From Chthoniobacteraceae bacterium (lineage in GTDB: Bacteria; Verrucomicrobiota; Verrucomicrobiia; Chthoniobacterales; Chthoniobacteraceae): DNA of 31,754 nt. The notes beneath the pieces are model-generated. The model worked only from the letters and a program-made list of their open reading frames with translations. It was not told the origin of the DNA and made no database searches. Where the stretch lies: positions 1-31,754 of the forward strand of contig JANNWY010000015.1 in NCBI GenBank assembly GCA_031409335.1, written 5' to 3'. Within the stretch, counting starts at the first letter, position 1; each line of letters begins with the position of its first letter. This document shows positions 27,703 through 31,754 of this stretch, piece after piece. Position numbers and translations under genes: made by a program.

Positions 27703-29154
27703 CTAACGCGAACCGCTATGTTTGTTGTGCGCCGTTTTTTTGGTCACACCTAAATCTTTGCTCATCGGAATCACTTTGTCGGTCGTCGCGAGCAGATGAC
27801 CCATGCCCACCGTCGCCCGCCGCTTCTTATCGAGGTAATGCTGGCTGGTAATGGCAATGTCCGCATGGCGCAGCGCGTGGCTGGCCGCGTAGATGCCGTG
27901 CTTTGCGCACATCTGGCTTCCATATTCCTTGCGCAGCGTGTGCAGGGGCGTGTTGCCGGTGACGCCGTGCGCCCGCAGCCACTTCGTCAAAGCCTCAAAG
28001 TTCCGCTGGCAGCGATAATGTGAATAAGTGGTCGAGGGTCGCGCAGCATTGAGGGATTCGACGACGAAATCCCCCTTCGCGGTCGCCCTGAACCCGCGAA
28101 AGACTTCCATCAACTCCGGGTCAACCTCCACGTCGCCCGTTGAAATTTCGCTCTTTGGCTGAAAAAACCGCGTCGCCTCGATGCGAATCACGCCCTCGTT
28201 CCAGCGGAAAGCGGCCCATTCCAGTTTGTCGATTTCATTGCGCCTCAACCCCGCCATAACCGCCAACAGGAAGATTTTCATTTGCTCGGCGGGAAGCTCG
28301 CCCTGCGCTTCGCGAATGACTTCCTCAATCTCAAACCCGCTCCGGTAACGCATCGACTGCCGCGGCTCAAAGCCAATCCCGGCAAACGGAAGGGAATTGG
28401 AGACTTCGAGTTGAATGAACTTCAACACCGCAGGCGCAAACAGGCTCTTCGCCTGCCGCATCATGGAATTGACCGAAATCCGCGCGGCCCGCTGCTTCAA
28501 TGGATCACCCCCCGCGCGGCGTAAGAATCGCAACTTCCACTTCTGGACAATCTCCGGGGATACGTCCGCCAGCTTTACCGCTTCCACGCGCGCCAGCCAT
28601 TTCTCACGCCCGCCGGTGCGGTAGTCATACTTCGCCTTGCCGCCGTCGATGCCGAAAATGTCCGCGACGATCGTACGGAATGCCCGGCAATAGCTTTCGA
28701 TGGTTTTCGGTCGTCCGCTTGCCTTGGCCTTCACTTCGGCAAGGAACTCGCCAACCGTCGCGACCGACCCACTCGCATCGGCCTTTGGCTTGAACCTCGC
28801 CAGCGTGGCGTCCCATCCTGCGGACTGGAGGCTGAGGTAAATCTCCTTCGCCCGGCTCGCCGCCGCCGTTTTGTTCACACTGCCGAGCGAGAATGTCTCG
28901 CGCCGCCCGAGATGCTGAATCTTCGCCGCCCACTCTCCAACGATTCGGGTTTCTCCATCGCGGGTGTAGGTCGGCTGAAAAATGGCCCCGTCCCAATACC
29001 GCACGTCGGTTTTCCCGTGCCGTCCCGTGCCCGCGCGTTTTTGCTTGGACACTTCTTGGACACTTTTCGAGTTTAGAAGTGCATTCTTCTGTTCCAAACT
29101 TTCCTGTAAGCTGGAGCGTTTTTCCTCTGTATTTACCTCGGTGCGTCGGCTCAT
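27703..29154 (-). CDS. int: Tyrosine recombinase/integrase
   Basis: Catalytic residues R (GLRRNEI), K (PKS), HxLR (HTLRK), H (LRHAD) and Y (QHYL); next to attR. ATG 29154 is preferred because TTGACG-17nt-GAGAGT lies just upstream. Confidence 0.93.
   Translation of the reverse strand: MSRRTEVNTEEKRSSLQESLEQKNALLNSKSVQEVSKQKRAGTGRHGKTDVRYWDGAIFQPTYTRDGETRIVGEWAAKIQHLGRRETFSLGSVNKTAAASRAKEIYLSLQSAGWDATLARFKPKADASGSVATVGEFLAEVKAKASGRPKTIESYCRAFRTIVADIFGIDGGKAKYDYRTGGREKWLARVEAVKLADVSPEIVQKWKLRFLRRAGGDPLKQRAARISVNSMMRQAKSLFAPAVLKFIQLEVSNSLPFAGIGFEPRQSMRYRSGFEIEEVIREAQGELPAEQMKIFLLAVMAGLRRNEIDKLEWAAFRWNEGVIRIEATRFFQPKSEISTGDVEVDPELMEVFRGFRATAKGDFVVESLNAARPSTTYSHYRCQRNFEALTKWLRAHGVTGNTPLHTLRKEYGSQMCAKHGIYAASHALRHADIAITSQHYLDKKRRATVGMGHLLATTDKVIPMSKDLGVTKKTAHNKHSGSR
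29040..29066 (+). promoter_or_regulatory. Putative integrase arm-type binding sites (right)
   Basis: 27-bp identity to 11208-11234 in the same orientation; lies inside the int 5' coding region. Confidence 0.65.
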
Positions 29155-29196
29155 ATCAATACTCTCGAAAACAATTGAGAACACGTCAACCAATGA

Positions 29197-29243
29197 ATTT
29201 GTAATCAGTAGGTCGTCGGTTCGAATCCGTCTGCCGGCTCCAT
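29197..29243 (+). repeat. attR core (duplicated tRNA-Thr 3' half)
   Basis: ATTTGTAATCAGTAGGTCGTCGGTTCGAATCCGTCTGCCGGCTCCAT is identical to 11095-11141. Confidence 0.95.
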
Positions 29244-29367
29244 CTCAAGCCTTGGGGCAGCCATAGCCCGCGCGGTGCAATGCGCACGCGCCTGGCCCGC
29301 TGCGGATTCTCTGCCAAATCGGATTGAGCTTCGCAGACGCCGCACGCGCTGCCACTTTCACGCGCTC

Positions 29368-30651
29368 ATGGACCACGCCGCTTCCGACGAAACATCACGC
29401 ATGGGCTTTCTCGCCTGGTGGCGGCGCACGCCACTTTACGTGCGGATCATCGGTGGCCTCGTGCTCGGGGTGATCGCCGGGCTGGCGCTCGGCAAGAATG
29501 CCGCGCCGCTCGCGATCCCGAGCAAGCTGATCCTGCAACTGCTCGGCGCTCTCGCTCCGGCGCTGATCCTCGCCGCGATCACCCACGCGCTGATGACGGC
29601 GCAGTTTGAGAAAGGCACCGCGGGACGGCTCATTCGACTGCTCATTTTGAATACGCTCGTCGCGATCGGGATCGGTCTGCTGGTCGCGAATGTCCTTCGT
29701 CCCGGATATTGGTCGGACATGCCGCCCGCGCCACCGGCGGACGGCATCCACGGCGCGAGCGGAAAGCCCGGGATGCTTGCGCAGTTTCTCGAAAACATCC
29801 CGCGCAGCCTGCTCGGGCCGCTCACCGACAATGGGAAAGTCATCGGTGTGATCTTCATCGCGATTGGTTTCGGGATGGCGTTCCGCAAGATGGGCGAGCG
29901 ACCGGTGAAAAACTTTGGTGACCTCGTCGCGGTCGCATTCGAGGCGCTCATCATCATGCTGCATTGGATCATCGACCTCATCCCGCTGGCGGTGCTCGGC
30001 ATCGTCGCCAGCATCGTGGGTGTGCAGGGTTTCGGCGCGTTCAAATCGCTCGGCGCATTCATCATCGCAGTGCTGTGCGCGCTCGCCCTGCAAGCCTGCT
30101 ACTACCTGCTTCGCATTCGTTTTGGCTCCTGGGTGCGGCCCGGTGTGCTTTTGCGAAAGACGCGCGATGCACTGGTCATGGCGTTTTCGACGAGCAGTTC
30201 CACGGCGACGATGCCGCTCACCTACGAGTGCCTGCGGGAACGCGTGGGCTTGCGTGAAAAGTCCGCGAGTCTCGGCGCGCTCGTTGGCTCAAATTTCAAC
30301 AACGACGGCACCGCGCTCTACGAAGCGATGTCCGCGCTTTTCATCTCGCAACTGCTCGCGCATCAGGGTCTCGGCGAGCCATTGACGATTGCCCAGCAGT
30401 TCATGGTGGTCCTCACGTCGGTCGTCGCATCGGTCGGAGCCGCGGGCATTCCCGAGGCCGGCCTGGTGACGATGACACTGGTCTTCAGCGCCGTCGGTCT
30501 GCCCACCGCCTACATCGCGATGCTCCTCCCGATCGATTGGTTCCTCGATCGCTCGCGCACGGCGATCAATGTGATGGGTGATATGAACGTGGCCTGTCTG
30601 CTCGATGGCAAAACGCGCGAGGCAGCACCGCCCGGTTCGACGGCAACGTGA
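29368..30651 (+). CDS. Dicarboxylate/amino acid:cation symporter (DAACS, GltP-like)
   Basis: AFSTSSSTATMP, NFNNDGTALYE, SVGAAGIP.AG and IDWFLDRSRTAINVMGD; ATG 29368 is preferred. Confidence 0.93.
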   Translation: MDHAASDETSRMGFLAWWRRTPLYVRIIGGLVLGVIAGLALGKNAAPLAIPSKLILQLLGALAPALILAAITHALMTAQFEKGTAGRLIRLLILNTLVAIGIGLLVANVLRPGYWSDMPPAPPADGIHGASGKPGMLAQFLENIPRSLLGPLTDNGKVIGVIFIAIGFGMAFRKMGERPVKNFGDLVAVAFEALIIMLHWIIDLIPLAVLGIVASIVGVQGFGAFKSLGAFIIAVLCALALQACYYLLRIRFGSWVRPGVLLRKTRDALVMAFSTSSSTATMPLTYECLRERVGLREKSASLGALVGSNFNNDGTALYEAMSALFISQLLAHQGLGEPLTIAQQFMVVLTSVVASVGAAGIPEAGLVTMTLVFSAVGLPTAYIAMLLPIDWFLDRSRTAINVMGDMNVACLLDGKTREAAPPGSTAT

Positions 30652-30662
30652 CAAGGACTTTC

Positions 30663-30701
30663 CCCTTCGGCAGGCTCAGGCCCTGAGCGGAGTCGAACGG
30701 G
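30663..30701. repeat. Short REP-like palindrome
   Basis: CCCTTCGGCAGGCTCAGG-C-CCTGAGCGGAGTCGAACGGG is an imperfect inverted repeat directly after the symporter stop. Confidence 0.6.
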
Positions 30702-30771
30702 AGCTTTGTCGAAACGGCAGCCCGTGAATGAGTAGGTGGATGCCATCGCGCCATGCCAAAGCCCCGCGCGA

Positions 30772-30941
30772 CAGCGCCGCGCACCAATGCGCGGCTCTAC
30801 GATCTCTTCATATTCCAGCACAATCTCCGTGGTGATCGCCCAGGCAAAACCGCCCGCGACCCGCGCATCAAGGATCGCCGAATACGGATGCTGCAAGCCA
30901 AGCATCGGCAGCAACACATTCGTATCAATGACGACGGTCAC
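30772..30941 (-). pseudogene. PIN-domain toxin N-terminal fragment
   Basis: VVIDTNVLL...W.ITTEIVLEYEEIV. Similarity is lost after ~56 aa and the DPDD-type C-terminal motif is absent. Confidence 0.65.
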
Positions 30942-31023
30942 CGATACGGATGCGCCGCGCGGTGTTCATGGATGCTCGCCTCGACACCGGCTGGCTCACA
31001 TTTTCCCGCGCCAAATGCTTCAT

Positions 31024-31162
31024 CCTAAATCCGGGAATGAAGATGACTGCGGATGGCGCGGATTCAGAGATTTGCAACGCGAAGACCGCGAGGAAGACGT
31101 TCACCCAATGGGTGAGTGTCGCATTTGTCACAAGTGTCTCTGAATCCGCGTCAATCCGCGGC
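31024..31162. repeat. MITE/REP-like palindromic element A2 (right end truncated)
   Basis: Co-linear with 10300-10457 (CCTAAATCCGGGA.TGAAGATGAC...CTCTGAATC...AATCCGCGGC); the right terminal repeat is replaced by an IS end. Confidence 0.8.
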
Positions 31163-31210
31163 TAAGCTTGCCCCGGTTTGGTGGACACCCGGGGCGGAGA
31201 GAGAGTGTTG

Positions 31211-31754
31211 TTAGTTTAGTTGGTTTTCAAAGTCCACAGGGGAATGGTAGCCGAGGGCGCTGTCGAGCCGCACGCGGTTGTAGAAGGTTTCGATGTAGTC
31301 GAAGGCAGCGGCGGTGGCGTCGTGGCGGGTGGGGTAGATGCCGTCGGCGCACTCGCGTTTGTAGCTGCTCCAGAAGGATTCCATGGTGGCGTTGTCGTAG
31401 CAGTTGCCTTTGCGGCTCATGCTGGCGACGAGCCGGGCGGCGGCGAGCGCGGCGCGGAAGTCGCCGCAGGCATATTGGACGCCTCGATCGCTATGGTAGA
31501 GAAGCCCGGCGGGCGGGCGGCGGTGACGCAGAGCCATCGCCAGCGCGGCCAGGACCAGCTCGGCGGCGAGGCTCGCGCCGGTGGCCCAGCCGACGATGCG
31601 GCGGCTGTAAAGATCGAGGATGGCGGCCACGTAGAGCCAGCCTTCGGCCGTGCGCACATAGGAACCGAGCGGAGCGAGATAGCCAAAGGGCGGAGCCTTT
31701 GCCCGCAGGGCAGCGCCGGAGGGCGCTGGCAAATGTCGCTCACCCAGACCTGGT
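31211..31754 (-). pseudogene. IS3-family transposase OrfB (rve domain), frameshifted by a 68-nt insertion
   Basis: QVWVSDI / SYVRTAEGWLY..ILDLYSRRIVGW...HSDRGVQY...SRKGNCYDNA.MESF. The two parts are in different frames. Confidence 0.88.
31664..31731 (-). repeat. 68-nt multi-hairpin insertion element
   Basis: Lies between the GAC-ATT and TCC-TAT codons. It has three short hairpins closed by GCC/GGC, followed by TATCTCGCTCCGCTCGGT. Confidence 0.7.

Larger units (their letters stand above)
11095..29243. mobile_element. ~18.1 kb integrative element (satellite/IME-like defence island) in tRNA-Thr
   Basis: 47-bp att direct repeats; integrase next to attR; xis/primase/helicase-like module; R-M and other defence-type cargo. 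Confidence 0.92.
31163..31754 (-). mobile_element. IS3-family insertion sequence, right end (partial)
   Basis: IR-like TAAGCTTGCCCCGGTTTGGTGGACACC at ~31163-31189; OrfB C-terminus on the minus strand. Confidence 0.85.

Noticed and set aside
29197..29243. Second tRNA-Thr gene
   Set aside because: Only the 3' half is present, with no acceptor 5' strand or D-arm; this is attR
29154..29247. Integrase N-terminus changed by excision (frame is open through the att core)
   Set aside because: In the integrated form the frame hits TGA at 29247-29245. In the predicted circle it hits TAA at 11169-11167. Neither has an upstream start codon, so no fusion is supported.

Overview
GC-rich bacterial DNA, probably Verrucomicrobia (Chthoniobacter-like). 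This is inferred from the LEPR-XLL/dockerin protein, the style of the integrase N-terminus and the repeat types. Bases 1-10 kb are envelope and housekeeping genes: GT2, a LEPR-XLL/dockerin protein, GNAT, a circularly permuted ATP-grasp protein, an O-antigen-ligase-like protein, an AsmA-like protein and a fused ABC transporter. A cluster of palindromic MITE/REP-like repeats and an integrase remnant follows. An ~18.1 kb integrative element sits in tRNA-Thr(UGU), bounded by a 47-bp direct repeat (11095-11141 / 29197-29243). Its right half is a satellite-like backbone: tyrosine integrase, HTH regulator, excisionase-like protein, AEP-like primase, DUF3987 helicase-like protein and a Zn-finger protein. 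Its left half is defence-type cargo. That cargo includes a type I R-M system (hsdR frameshifted by a 4-bp duplication, hsdS, hsdM). Between hsdS and hsdM lie a DUF3800 gene, a small putative RNase gene and a convergent ~80-nt structured RNA, which is the best candidate for an undescribed system. The cargo also has a TIGR04255-led three-gene cassette ending in a possible ADP-ribosyltransferase-fold protein, and a degenerate PLD-like protein. Right of the island are a DAACS symporter, a PIN toxin remnant, a second MITE copy cut by an IS3 end, and an IS3 transposase interrupted by a 68-nt multi-hairpin insertion. All family assignments come from motif recognition by eye; no database searches were run.
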